Origin: Glaucostegus cemiculus
Taxonomy: Eukaryota
DNA: 64,000 nucleotides
Direction: 5' to 3'
Assembly: GCA_976551045.1 (NCBI GenBank)
Contig: CDPCPM010000029.1
Location: forward strand, 8,990,001 to 9,054,000
Shown: positions 22,700 through 36,400 of the stretch, piece after piece
How the letters are laid out: each line of letters starts with the position of its first letter
Numbering within the stretch: the stretch's first letter is position 1
The notes under the pieces: model-generated
Told to the model about the DNA's origin: nothing
The model's database searches: none
What the model saw: the letters and a program-made list of their open reading frames with translations, nothing else
Made by a program: the position numbers and the translations under genes

Positions 22700-24150
22700 A
22701 ATAATTGGGTCACAGTAATGGGTGACTTTTAATTATCCAAATATGGACTGTGATAGAAGTAAAATAATTGGCAAAATAGGGGAAAGGTTTCTGCAATGAT
22801 TCCCAATTTAGTTTTAAGACCAATTTTTTTTTTAGTATGGATGTTCCTGGATCTGGTAGTAAAATAAAAAATGGGACAATTAAATAGCTTAATGCTCGGG
22901 CAATATCTCAGGTGGAGTTACTATTTCCATCTAACATAAAATTTAAAGAGTATACAACCAAAGATATCTGTGCTTGACTGAGATGGGGAAGCATTATTTT
23001 CAATTACATAATCAGATAAACTGGAAATAATAATTAGAAGTTCATGTACAAAGAATAGAACATCTCATTGAGTCATAAAGATTGCAAAAGGATTGATTTC
23101 ATGAGTTGTTTCCTCTAGCAGGAAAGCCAAGGACAAAGCTTTCCTTTTGTTATAGAACTGAAGTGACAAGAGATTTCTTCAAATGAAGGGTTGCGAATCT
23201 TCAGAATTTTCTCCATCAGTGGGCTGTGGGTGCTCAGTTGTTGAATATATTCAAGTTGAGATTGATAGATATGAGTACTTAGGGAATCACAGAATATGAG
23301 CAGCAGCTGGTAAAATGAAATGAGATACAGGATCAGTCATGATATTAAATGGCAGGGTGGGCTCAAGGGGCCATATAGCCCACTCTCACTTCTATTTCTT
23401 ACACTCAAACAGGAGATGATTAAGGTATAGACCACAGGAAGAGATATTACTTCAAGAAGGAAAATCAGTACAACATTTCTTTAAGTGAGCAGAGCAATTT
23501 AAATTAAAGAAAGGCTTTAACAATAGACATATCTAGGGCTAATAATGTAAAATGAAAATTAAACTGGATATTGAGAATATAGAAGGAAAGATTGATAGAG
23601 AAGGCAGGGGTCTATTTTGGCATATTCTCTAGTATAGTGAGAGACTCAGGCAGAACCTGCAAAAGATCTAATGTCAGTCTTTCAAACTCTTTCAGTAAGG
23701 AAGTTGTGCAGAAAACGGAAGGTTTTTTCCACTGAAACAGCTGGTTCAATGGGGAACAAATACATTAATCACATAATTATTAGCTAATGAGGCCAGTTTT
23801 GATAGTTGATAAACTATCAAATTATCTTAGCACTGGGGAAACATTAATACAAACTAAATATGCACAGATAGAATACATTTGTTAAAGACAAAGTATGTCA
23901 TAAAATTTAATTATGATTTTTTAGAAAAAAGTTGTTGTATTAATAAAGGAATGAGTAGATTTGTATTTTCAAAAGATATTTAATAAAGGACAAATTGGGG
24001 CTGCATTATTAAAATTAAGGCATATGATAAAGGACAACACACACTGAGAATTGGTTAAGGGATTAAAAAAACATGGAGAATCCAAGTTAATGTATTGACA
24101 GAGGGATATACAGAAATTATAACACAGTAATGAGGTTATCAGCCCAAGCA
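22700..24150 (+). mobile_element. Very decayed CR1 ORF2, with a CR1 3' end at ~23150-23405
   Basis: VMGDF/NYPNMD (APE) at ~22715; VDLYFQKIFNK (cf. YLDFQKAFDK) at ~23955; CR1 tail GGCTCAAGGGGCCATATAGCCCACTC at ~23360. Confidence 0.55.
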
Positions 24151-25549
24151 AGTTGTGTGGCTGTTTGTTTTTCCTATAAGGAGTAATCCTGATTTCAGGT
24201 CATGAGTGAGGTTGAGGGTCTATGTACATTACCACCTTGTTTAGGATCAGTGGCAGAACCACTAAGTTTCTTTTCCAGGCCTACAGTATATGATGGAAAA
24301 AGAACATATATTGTAAAATTGGATCCAGTTTAGATACTGGGTATGGTAAGGTTATGTGTATACCTATGCAGGGTTCAGGGAAGCTCTTGATGAAATGCAG
24401 CACTCACATCTTCTTGACTTCATTAGATCTTTTCTGTATGATCTCAAGGTGGCCTCCATTAAATGAGTGACTTTTTTCAAGCCCAACTCAAATGTGGCAT
24501 TGTACTGTGAAATCTGTTTCTTTGATAAAATAATTCTTGAAACTTAATGTGAAGTAAAGCCCCCTATGCTTCTACTCACTTTCAAATCTGCATCAACTAT
24601 AATTGATTGAGACCATTAAAGACTGCAGTTCTGCTCAGTTATTTTCCCTTCCCCTCTTATGGGTTCTCTTCTCTGGGTGCAGGTGAGACTGAAATGGTTT
24701 TAAGTTGTCCAGTCTCACCAAGCTGTGTATGGTAGAACTTTGTAGTTCACTCTGATCTATACCAAGCTTTTGTATGTCGTGACCAGAAAACCTATGTTGT
24801 TATTACTGCGACTGTATGGCAAGAAGTTGATTTCAGAAGCACACACAAGAATACATATGAATAAAGAATGAACTGCATGGCAGAGGAGAAAGAATGATTT
24901 TTGCTGGCTATGACCAAGACATTACCTCTAAATTTAATGCTGTGTGGACTAATCCAGAAAAGCTGCACCTGAAGGGTCATTAAGCCCCATAAATAAGAGT
25001 TTATGGCAGTCTCCATCTGGCTGCCCTTGGCATATGATACTTCATTTCTCTGATTATTGTTGGCTCTGTGTGAAAGATGGTCAACTTTGAGTGGACCAGG
25101 AAATGAATTCTAAGCTCCAGAATGAGAAAGGAATTAAACCAGTGCACTAGTCATTCATAATCGTCTGAAGCAAGTAAAGTCACATGAAAGTTGAACTGGT
25201 TGATCTATTACCAGAAAAGTCTCGTCATATCTCTGCCCAAATCATTTCCAGAGCAAAAATAAAACTCTCAAAGCTGTATACAGAAACATGAAAATAAATG
25301 GGACTTCAAAAGCTGGGCTTCTTAATGTATAACAGGAACACATGCTACAGCAAATTACCACAGTGAGTAGGGAGTAAAAAATTTTTCTTCTCTCCTGGAA
25401 AGAACTTGAGCAGCTTTTGTTTTAAATGAAAGAAGCTTTAATAGAGTGAAATGTGAATGCAAATATTAATTTAACAGCTGGCAATGTGACTGTACTAACT
25501 GAAGAGATTTTGGCCTAGATTTGCTGAGCTGGGCCTGCTTATTTTCAAA

Positions 25550-25725
25550 TACATGAATTAGAGGCAGGAGGACTCCATTCCACTTCTCATGCTTTCTCCA
25601 ACATTCAATAAGATCATAACTGAGGTTTTACCTCAGTTCCTTTTATTGACCACAGATCCCTTGATACCCTTAATATCCAAAAGTAATTAGTCTCTGTCTT
25701 AAATATACCCAGTGACTGAGCCTCT
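25550..25725 (-). mobile_element. CR1 3' UTR fragment
   Basis: ATTAGAGGCAGGAGGACTCCATT..ATTCAATAAGATCAT..CCCTTGATACCCT; similar to 14913-15110. Confidence 0.7.
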
Positions 25726-25773
25726 AATCTGTTAAACATTAGCTATTGCTTGTTTACTATCATAGTTCTTAAT

Positions 25774-26084
25774 GAGATAAGATCTTTATTAGTCATATGT
25801 ACATCAAAATACACAGTGAAATGCATTTTTGCATAGAATGTCCTGAGGGGGGGGTGGGGGGGTGCAGCCCGCAAGTGTTGCCACACTTCCGCCACCAACA
25901 TAGCATGCCCTACGTACTCTTAACCTGTAGGTCTTTGGAATGTGGGAGGAAACTGGAGCACCCAAAGAAAACCCATGCAGACACAGGGAGAACATACTAA
26001 CTCCTTACTGACAGTAGCTGGAAATGAACCCGGGTTGCTGGTGCTGTGATAACGTTACGCTAACTGCTACACTACCATGTTGCC
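25774..26084 (-). mobile_element. tRNA-derived V-SINE with Rex1-type tail
   Basis: Same head and V core as 4422-4678, but the tail is TTTCACTGTGTATTTTGATGTACATATGACTAATAAAGATCTTATCTC. Confidence 0.9.
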
Positions 26085-28889
26085 ATGGAGTTCCAATCTA
26101 CCAGAGCCAACTCATGCTTTATACCTTTCTAAATCACTTTCAGTCTATATAAAATGTTATCGTATCATTATAACTCTTCCCTGTAAGCCTCCTAACTGTC
26201 TGGTTATTAATGAATGCTTTATCATTGCACAATACTAGATCATTCTCCAGCCTACTTGGTCCAGATCTGTGTGGCTAATAGTACAGCAGAGGCAAATTTG
26301 TGGTGGAGCAGTGAGCGCCTGCCGAGTGTTCAGACCCCAGCTAACGTAATCAGGGCACCTATATGGGTCAGAACAGCTGCTGTCCACAGAATTTCTCTGA
26401 AACTTATTGACAGAGGGAAGAGTTTTGCCATCTGTTCATGCTGCCAAGTTTATTTAAAGGCATTTAATCAAACACGAATTATTAAAAATTGCAACTTAAT
26501 TTATTCTCTTTCCTTCATGCAGTCACACAATTGCCATTTAAATGAATTGTTTTGTGGATCCTGCAACAGATCTTATCTAATTTGGGACTGTAGATTCTCC
26601 AGTGTTAATGCTGGGGCCATCAAGCCTTGCTCCACTGCAAGACTCAATGTGCAGCTTGCAAATCAGCCACATGATCAGGACTTATGCTTTTGTCTCGGAG
26701 TCCTTATATTTTTAGGTGCCAATAGTGGCTAAGCGCTGGAGATCCACACGAAACTTCTGGCAAAACCCACTAAAATCAAAGCCATTAAATAAAAGCCTTT
26801 CCAGACTGCAGTACCATTTTATCAATAATTAATCGCACCAGGGACACTAAAACACAACAATATTCAGGGAAGGCTGTTAGTCACACATTGAGACCATGGT
26901 TTAACTACTAGCCACAGATGGTGTAGAAACATGACCCCTTATTAATGGCCTGTGAGGGGTATCAAGTGAAATGAGTCAAGGTTTACAGGCAAAGAAAACA
27001 AACCTCCTGTGGCATAATCAGTTGGGAAAGTCTGCTGGAACATGTGCCACCAGCAGGAGGTATTTCTCTAGAACTATATACAACAGTCTGCAATTTTGAA
27101 GTAAGAAATGAAATAATGTTGCCCGCATCTGCCCTTGAAGGGAACCTTCCGCAAAGATCCACCATCCTTCTTGTGTGGACGTCTGATCTTGGTTGCTGCC
27201 AGGCATCAGTTTAAAGGGATCTCTGGATCCAGTGATGCAATGTTATCTAACTAGCCAAGCAGTCACTCACAATCAGGAGCTCACAGACTAAATTCAAAGG
27301 AAAAGGCATAATTCTCAATTTACATTTTAAATGTTCTGCAAAATGAAGATTGGAACATATACAAGATTAATGGGGAAGCTGAAATACCACAACCTTTTTA
27401 ACAATTAAAATGGTTTTTGTTGTGTTGAACTACCTCTGAAAATTATCTGCTTAGCATAAGTTTTTTATAACCATAGTATTTGCTAGGCTTCTGTAACTAT
27501 TAACAACTCACTTCCAATTCATGCCAAAAGATCTAACACATCCAGATTGTTTCACTGTAAGAATAGTTTGTAAATATCAGAAATTTTCAACAATTTACTG
27601 ATTTCTGGAGATCACATTGGAGAATGATGTGAAACAATTGTTGATGAGCAGGAAATTACTGACAGTGGCTCACTTAACTGTACCAGTGTGCATATTCAGA
27701 AGCTACCATTAGCTTCAAGGCAAAATGGTATAGAAGACTAACACTTTCACCATCATTACAACCTGCTAAATTCTGGCCAGTGCTGCACATTGGTGAACAG
27801 GATACAGAGCTGTACTGCTGCTTCCCCAATGTACATTATGCAATCTTATTTTCAATTACTGCTAACTTTTATCCTTTGCAAAAATAATGTTGACTAACTG
27901 TGACTGAATTATAATGAGCTGAAAGATCCCTCAGCTGCAGGCTTTATTTTCCCATCTGCCTAAGAAAATACTGGATGAATCAATGCATATGAGTAATCAA
28001 AATTAGAAGATACTAGAGGCAATGTTTTGTCAAAATTATTTGAAGCGCTTCTGCATCATCACTGGAGCAGTCTCCAGACAATCTCTGCACTTATCATAAT
28101 CAAGCTGATTATAAGCAACAGAAAAACATGTCTTACTGTACTTTTCCTCAACTGGCTACTGCTTTTAAGTCCTTCCAAAAACTGACAAATACAGTAAGTC
28201 CTGAATGCAAACAGTTGCTTTCAAATGCAATTAAAATTATGCACCAAAACAATTGAATAAAAAAGGTAAAATATAGAGTAATTTTTTAAAATCATCAGGA
28301 AAATACCACATGAATCAGGCTATTTGGCAAAAAGTCTACCCACTTAAAAGGTTTTTGAATTCTGGGTTTGATTTTTCCTGCCCCTGTGCCTGGTAATGAA
28401 CATTACTGGTTCCCACAGAAAAAGGGCAAGAAACCATTCCACTGAGTTAATTATGTGACAATTTGAGGCAGCAGGAGACCATGATAAATTTAACCACTGA
28501 AACTCATTTAAATGATGTTTGTCGGCTTCTTTCCCATTCCAGCCTGCAAGAAGTTATGGAGCAGCTGTTGACCTGGAAAGTTTGGATGAATCTTGGCAGA
28601 GGAAGGAGTTTTAAGAAAGATCCTTCAAGAAGAAATCAATACAAGTCCTGGGAAGACGGAGCCCAAGAATTTACTCCTATCATCTTTTCAAACTTTCATC
28701 ATCTTCCCTCTTGCTTTAACATTCAGGCATTGGTTTAAATGCCTTCAGTGGCCAGATTAGATAATGGGATTCTGAATTTAATTAAGGGAGAGGCTAGGTG
28801 CCTAGAAATTCATTGGCTCTGGGAAAGACCTGTGAAACTGGTCAACACAAGCTTTGTGTGAGGAACCTGCATGGCAAAAGTCTAATGCC

Positions 28890-29326
28890 TGTTGGATTTA
28901 ACTGTTTGATGTAGTTTTTTTAAACATATATAGCGTTTAATACACCTCAAGTGTCTGCACAAGGAGTGGCTGCTTCCTAGCTTATTGGTTCATCCATTGG
29001 GTGAATATGTTTTCTCATTGGTTGGTTTTGCTACAGGTATCTAATAGGTTTTCTGATTGGACTATTGTTAGCTGAGGCATACCTATTATCTCAGGTATAA
29101 AAGGTGTCATTTTTTGTTAATCACTCTCTTGCCCTCTCCCTCACCTCCAGCTCATTTCTCAGTTTCTTCTGTCTCAGCTCATCTCCTAATAGTAAAGCTA
29201 ATGCCATTTGCTCTGTCTCTTTATTTTAAACTTTTCCAGTAAAACTTTGTGAAGCACCAAATTCTTTACCAAATATTCTTAGACTCCTGAAAGAACCTGC
29301 GGATTTGAAAATAACCAGATCTGACA
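28890..29326 (+). mobile_element. Probable solo LTR (437 bp)
   Basis: Termini TGTTGGAT...ATCTGACA (both derivable from an inverted TGTCGGAT/ATCCGACA by CpG decay); four ATTGG boxes, TATAAAA at 29096, AGTAAA downstream. TSD imperfect (TGCC vs CCCC). Confidence 0.6.
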
Positions 29327-30675
29327 CCCCTGAGGCCCAAGGCACTGCCTACAGTGGCAAAGGACTTCTATGCTCCATGTGACATTCCTCTGCTAGTTAC
29401 ACCGTTACAGAGCAAGTCAGGTGAAACAGGTAGGTTGAGTACCCTGAAGGTGTAGGGAAATTTATGATGGAGAAAAGTATTGAGTAGGGAGAATCTGGGC
29501 ATCATTCTGGGGATCAGGTGGAATTTGTGTCAGGGCATCATGGCAGGGTGACATTGTAAAGGTTCACCAAGGGTGTGGTGTCAGGTTTGTGATTGGTGAG
29601 AAGAGGTCATTCAGCGTCATGACTGGATGAGGGGATCAAAGTAACAACTGGATGGGTGAAGTCAAGACAGAGATTGGGGGATTATGAGGGATGGTGGTGG
29701 GTGATCCAAGGGAGAACTTTAACTTAATGGGCATCTACCTGCTGTTGGTTCCAAATGCTGGATGTCACAGCAAGGGACCTGTTCTTGGAGGTCCTTTCAA
29801 GTAACATGCTGTGAATGTTTGTTTCCGTTTGAGGGCCCTATCATCTGCAAGCTTCATCTGTGAGTCTGAATTTCAGAATGCCCATCCAGACGAGAGTTGT
29901 TTGATGCCACTGAATCTATCTGGTTACCCCCATGTATTGGTGCATGGCACACTCAGAGGACCCTGAGGCAATATCACAAATTGCAAAACAGACAGTTGGC
30001 CTCTACTTGAATTTAGCAATGGAATTTCTTTTGACAATCTTCCAGGTAGCAAAGGCAAGCATTGTGTTATGTATAGAATTTCTTGGCCTTCATCCTGTCT
30101 CTGGTGGGGGCCTCATCAGTTATCAAAACCTATAACATTATAACAGCTAGGGGTGGATCAGGAGATGGAGCTTCTCTTTCTTCACTGATCATGCATCTCA
30201 TCACCACTGAATGGGAAGAATAAGATCTCTGCATTGTTTACTTTCCACCTGATGACATTGGACTGGATCACACTGCCAACAAGCTGGGTGGTTCCGTGGA
30301 GAACCAACGGTGAGCTGCAGTGTGCATACAAGTGCATTTCAAACTTCTGTTCCTGTGCTTTACAGCAGCAAAGTAACAAGTGTGTGGGGTCTAATTTCAA
30401 CACTGCACAGCATCTGATCTCTTGCTGTGCCCATGAACAAGCATATAGTCCAGGGGAGGTTTGAAATGTCATGTGCCAAGGGGCTTAAATTTTTTGTTTT
30501 GTTTCTCTGAATATTTATAATTTAATTCATTAATTGTACATTGAGTTCAAAATAGTTGTTTTCTTATTGAACTTTTAATTTTTATTTAAAAATTATTCAA
30601 ATTAATTTAAAATATCTTTGATTATTAGAAACATTTATAAACAGTGAACCTAGCTTTTGACCTAAATAACCATCA

Positions 30676-30980
30676 GGGTGGTACTGCTACCTCACAGTAC
30701 CAGGGATTATAGTTCAGTCCTGACCTCGGACACTGTGGGGAGTTTGCACATTCTTCTGATTACTGTACGAGTTCCCATTGGATAGTTCCAGTTTCCTCCC
30801 ACATCTCAAAGGCAGGCTGGTATGTTAATTGGCTACACACATTACTTTAGGTGGGTGGTGGGAGGACAAAAAGGGAGTTGATGGACATATTGAGGGAGAA
30901 TAAATTGCAGGGTGGGCGTGGGGAGGGGAATGAGACTGATAGGATTGCTCTATTGGACTGAATGATCTTTCTATGTCATA
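30676..30980 (+). mobile_element. Old V-SINE
   Basis: GTTCAGTCCTGACCTCGG..GGAGTTTGCACATTCT..CCAGTTTCCTCCCACATCTCAAAG core. Confidence 0.75.
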
Positions 30981-31109
30981 ATAAATAAGTGAGCATATCT
31001 TATCTACATTTATAATGCATAATTCTAATGATATGATTAAAAATATGGATTTTGTTTGGAAAATATTCAAGCTGTGATTTTTTTTTTTTAAAAGCCACTA
31101 GGACAGGTA

Positions 31110-31205
31110 CAGGAATAGGAAAGGTTAAGAGGCATATGGGCCAAACTTGGGCAAATGGGACAAGTGGGCAAAGGGCCTGTTTCCATGTAGTATTGCTCCA
31201 TGACT
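31110..31205 (+). mobile_element. CR1 terminal fragment
   Basis: GGCATATGGGCCAAAC..GGGCAAAGGGCCTGTTTCCATG..CCATGACTCT. Confidence 0.7.
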
Positions 31206-33184
31206 CTTGCTCTCTAGAGAGCAGATGATTATACAATTTCCCTACATTACAACAATGAGAAAAAAATTGGAAGTGTTTCATAGACTGTGGGATGAGGAAT
31301 GTCGAGGACGTGAGGAATGCTGCTTTGTCCTTGTGGTGTTGAGCAGGAGTAGAAAGTATTTTAGTCTAAAACAGCTGGAGTCATAATGAACTAGAGCTAG
31401 TGGTCCCAGGGAGAGCCACTGGCCAATAACAATAAATGGAAGTCAGAACATGTTTGAGGTCATATCTAACTTTCTGCTCTGATGCTGGGCTAAGCATTGA
31501 GTCTAGGGGAGGAACTCAGTAATGCTGAGTTAAGAGGCTGGATATATTTTGTATATGACTTCTCATCTTCATGCAGCACACTGAACGAACAGCCTCTCCA
31601 ATCTGGACAGACCAGGTAAATACAGGTGACTATTGTACATAATTTTAATTCTGTTAATGTTATATCACTTAACTTTTAAATGAATTTATTTTTCTTTACT
31701 TTTTTTTTTAAAATCATTCAGCTACTGATTGTCTGATAATAAGTATGTTAAAGCATTTCATTGGCCTTTGACAGCTCAGGCTGTTTGAGAGCCAGTTGCC
31801 ACTTGCAAGCTGATTGGCATTGGGGGGCAGCTATAGCTGTGAGGTCTGAAGTTTTATACTGTGGGGCTGCAAAAATTAAGTGACACTTGAGGGTTGCATG
31901 GACAATGTATGTAAGGCATGGGCCAGATGAAGCACAATATTCTCATGTGCAAGTCATATTCCTTGATGTACACTCCTTAGAAGAAATTGATAAAAAGTTA
32001 AACTTTCATTTCAAAACTTTTGGACACAAGAATAAACTGACCTAAATCCAAAACAAAATATAGCTTGCAGCCATTGGAGAGGAACAAAGAGTCAGGATTT
32101 CGATTTTAATCTTTTCTGTTTCAACAATGGAACATGGACAGATGTACCAAGAATAGATCAAAAACTTCAAGTCCAGCTTTCAAACACAAGTTGTGAAGAA
32201 AGAATTGTAGCATCTGGGACAGATCTATGACAGAAGATCATCCATCAATTCCTTTTGTACTACAGATACTCCAAGATATAATTGTGCTCTTTTCCAAATC
32301 ATTCACATTGGGGTTTGGTCTCATTCTGAAGCACTGACTATTTTCAATGACATTTTTTCTCATGATTTTGTGAAAATTGCTGCTTATAAAATGTAAATAC
32401 TTATGCTTAAAGTTAAATATTGATAATACATTTTTACCTTATAAAATAACTATCAGATCCTATGAATATTTGCAGATTGGAGGCAGCCATGTACATCCCT
32501 AAATGTATCATGAACCATTTATTCACTTTGTCATCTTTTGTAGTTTTTTCCCCTATTTATACTGGTCACATGCCTGATTCCAGAGCTTATGATATGTACT
32601 CACTTGAAAGAAATGGTCATGAGTGGTACCTCAAGGACAAGAAATCCTTTACAGTGCAATAAAACATTTTAACAGCCTCAGAGTGGTGAAAGTAAGCTAC
32701 CAGCTCCTTCTCAGTCTCTTCTGTAGCAAGTACCCATTATCCACAGTTCTCTGGGGCTGTACTTCAAACCACTGATCGTGATGCAGGATGGGAGAAACAT
32801 TCAATCTATATTATGCCATGATTGAGCAAATCACTGTAATCTACCACACCTTTCCTTTTGTTTTTATGCCCTTCAAATAACTTGATTTGCCAAGGTGTCA
32901 TAATTATCAAAATCAACCCAATATCTACTGATGAAGGTGAACTATTCTGGGAATTTCACACCAGGAATGGTGATTACCTCACTGTAGATACTAGATTCTT
33001 TAATTTCTTGTTCCCTTATGATAATTAAACCTTCAGGAATCTGGGTAACTATGCAGCTATTGGGAATGTAGATAGACTGGAGGCACTTGGAGTTTGTTCC
33101 AGTCACTTGAAGCTTGCCTTAAGAGCCTGAGATAAACACACTGGCAAGAAACATACTCAAACATTATCAAAAACTATGCAAAAG

Positions 33185-33390
33185 CAAAGTATTGTAGGTA
33201 CTGGAATATCCAAAATTAAAACAGACAAGTCAAACAATGCTCAGCTAGTATTTTGGTAACTGTGGAGAGAAGCATGCAAAGGTAACATTTCAGATCAAAG
33301 TAAAGTCACCAACCTGAAACACTGCCACTTCTTTCTCAGATATTGCTCAGCAGCTGTGTACTCCCAAAATATTCACATTCTACTTTCAAA
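33185..33390. mobile_element. Old Penelope-derived foldback element
   Basis: Decayed left arm (GTAGGTACTGGAA..GCTCAGC..TGTGGAGAGAAG..AACATTTCAG) and right arm (CCTGAAACAC..CAGATATTGCTCAGCAGCTG). Confidence 0.5.
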
Positions 33391-33489
33391 AACTACAGGA
33401 GGACTAGGAATGCTCAGTCACCGAGTATATTCAAGGCTGAAACAGATGTTTGGACAGGAAGAAAAAAGAGGAAATGAGGATTGGATGGG

Positions 33490-36400
33490 AACAAAGAACA
33501 TAGATCAGAACAGCACAGGCCCTTTGGCCCACAATGTTGTGTCAAACCAATTAAATGAGTAATAAAATGCCCACCTAAACTAGTCCCTTCTGCCAACACA
33601 ATGTAATATACTACTATTTCCCCCAAATTCATATGACTATTTAAGAGCATCTTGAGCACCCCTATCATATTTGCCTCCACCACCACCTCAGGCAGCACAT
33701 TCCAGGCATCTACCACTGGGAAAAAAAACTTGACCCACTCATCTCCTTTGAACATACCTCCTATCATCTTAAATGCATGCCCTCTGGAATTAGACATTTC
33801 AACCCTGGAGAAAAGATACTGGCTGTCTATCTATACTTATCATAATCTTATAAACCTCAATCAGATATCCCTTCTCCAAAGCCTCAACCTTCCCATAATG
33901 GCAAAACCAGAACTGAATGTAATACTCCAGATGCAGCCTCACTAAAGTTTTATAAAGTTGCAACATAACTACCTGACTCTTCAACTCAATGCCTCAACTA
34001 ATGAAGGCAAGCATGCTGTATGTCTTCTTTACTGCTCTATCAACCTGTGTAGCCACTTTCAGGGAGCTATGAATTTGGACGCTAAGATCCCTTTGATCAT
34101 TAACACTGTTAAGGGTCTTGCCACTAACTATGTACTCTCTTTACATTTTACCTCCTAAGGTGAAACACTTCATACTTGACTGGGTTGAACTCCATCTGCC
34201 ATTTCTCTGCCCATATCTGCAACTGATCTATATCCCACCGTATCCTTTGCCAGTCTTCTACACTATCCACAACACTATCAATCCTCATATCATTGGCAAA
34301 CTTACTAATCTACCCATGAACATTTTCATCCAGGTCATTTATATCCATTACAAACAGAGGTCCCAGTACAGATCCCTGAGGAACACCACTGGTCACAGAC
34401 CTCTAGCTAGAATAAGTCCCATCAACCACTGCCATGTCTTCTACAGGCAAGCCAGTTATGAATCCAAACAGCTAATTCACCATGGATCTCATGTATCTTA
34501 ATCTTCTGGGTGAGCCTCCCATGAGGGACCTTGTCAAATGCCTTACTGAAATTCATGTAAACAACATCCACAGCTCTACCTACATCAATCACCTGTCACC
34601 TTGTCAAAAAACTCAATCAAGTTAGTAAGGCATGACTTGCCTTGCAAAAAGCTATGCTGACTGTCCTAATTAGGACATGGTTTTCCAAATGCTCATAAAT
34701 CCGATCCTTAAGGATCCTCTCCAGTAACTTCCCTACCACTGATGTGAAACCTACCGGTCCATAGTTACTAGGATTATCCCTGATTCTATTCTTGAATAAT
34801 GAAGCAACAGTAGCAACTTGCCTGTACTCCAGGACCTCACCTGTGGCTCAAGACAACTTGAAGATATTGGTCAAGGCACCAGCAATCTTATTTTTTGCCC
34901 CTCAATAAGCTGGGGTATATCCCATCAGGCCCTGGGGATTTATCCACCTTAATGCTCTTTAAGAGACCCAACACTACCTCCTCTATCTCAAAATGCCCTA
35001 GCATATTAGCATGCTCCACACTGATCTCCCTATCCTCCACGTCCTTCTCCTTGGTAAATACTGATGCAAAGTACTCATTAAGGACCTCACCCACATCCTC
35101 CACTGCCAAACATACATTCTCTCCTTTATCCTTGAGTAGCCCTACCCTCTCTAGTTATCCTCTTTCTCTTGATGTATAGAATGCCTTGGGATTCTCTTTA
35201 ATCCTATTTGCCAAGGACTTTTCATGGCCCCTCCTGGCTTTCCTAATTTCCTTGAGTTCCTTTCTGGCTTCTTTTTATCCTCAAGTGCTGTTTGATCCTA
35301 GTTTCCTAAGCTTTACATGCTTTCCCTTTTTCTTGACCGAATTCACCACCTCTCTCAACATCCAAGATTCTCTTACCTTGCCATCCTTGTCCTTCCTTCT
35401 TACTGGAACATACCTGTCCTGTACTCTGTGCAGTTGGTCTTCAAACACCCTCCACATACCAGATGTGAACTTGCCAAAAACAGGTGTTTCCAATTAACTC
35501 TCCCTAGTTCCTGCCCAATGCTCCTGTAATTTGCCCTGATCCAATTTAATACTCTCCTTCAAGGTCCATACTTATCCTTATCTATAGCTATCTTAAAACT
35601 TAAGGAGTTGTGATCACTGTTCCCTAGCTGTTCACCCACAGAGGTCAGTGACTTAGCCTGACTCATTACTCAACACCAGGTCCAGTAGGCCCCTCCACTT
35701 GTTGAGGTATTGACATATTGATTTAAGAAAACCTCCTAAATGCACTTAAAAGTCTGCCCCATCTAAATCTCTTATACTAAGGAGGTCCCAGTTTATACAA
35801 GGGAAGTTGAAGTCCATAACAACAACCCTATTAGTTTTACACCTTTCCCTAATCTGCCTGCATATCTGTTCCTCAACACCCTAGTGGCTATTGGGGGGTG
35901 GGGGGTATGTAGTATAATCTCATTAGAGTGCTTGCATCTTTTTTTTTTTTTTTTTTTTGAGTTCTACCCATGTAGACTCAGTGGATGAGCCCTTCATTAT
36001 GTCCCCTTTGAGTGCAGCTGTGACATTGTCCCTGATTAACAGTGCATCTCCCCTCCCCCTCTCTCCTAAAACATCAAAACCCTGGAACGTCAAGCACCCA
36101 TTCCTATCCCTCTCTCAACCAAGTCTGTTATGGCCACAACATATTTCCATGTACTGATCCATGCTCTAAGTTCATCACCCTTACCCATAATACTCCCTGC
36201 ATTCAAATACACACACTTCAAGTTGTGCATTCCATCATATCTATTACATTTCTCCTGCCTGTTTTTACTGGCCCCAACATCTACCTTCCTCTCAATCCCT
36301 CCTCTTCCTGACTCAGTGCTCTGGTTCCCACATCCTGCCAAACTCATTTAAACTGTCCCAAGTAGCACCAGCTAACCTCCCTGCCAGGATATTGTTTCCC

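Noticed and set aside
26258-26784. Putative Harbinger-type MITE and the 172-aa ORF 26214..26732
   Set aside because: Termini match at only about 10 of 17 positions, and the ORF has no recognisable motif.
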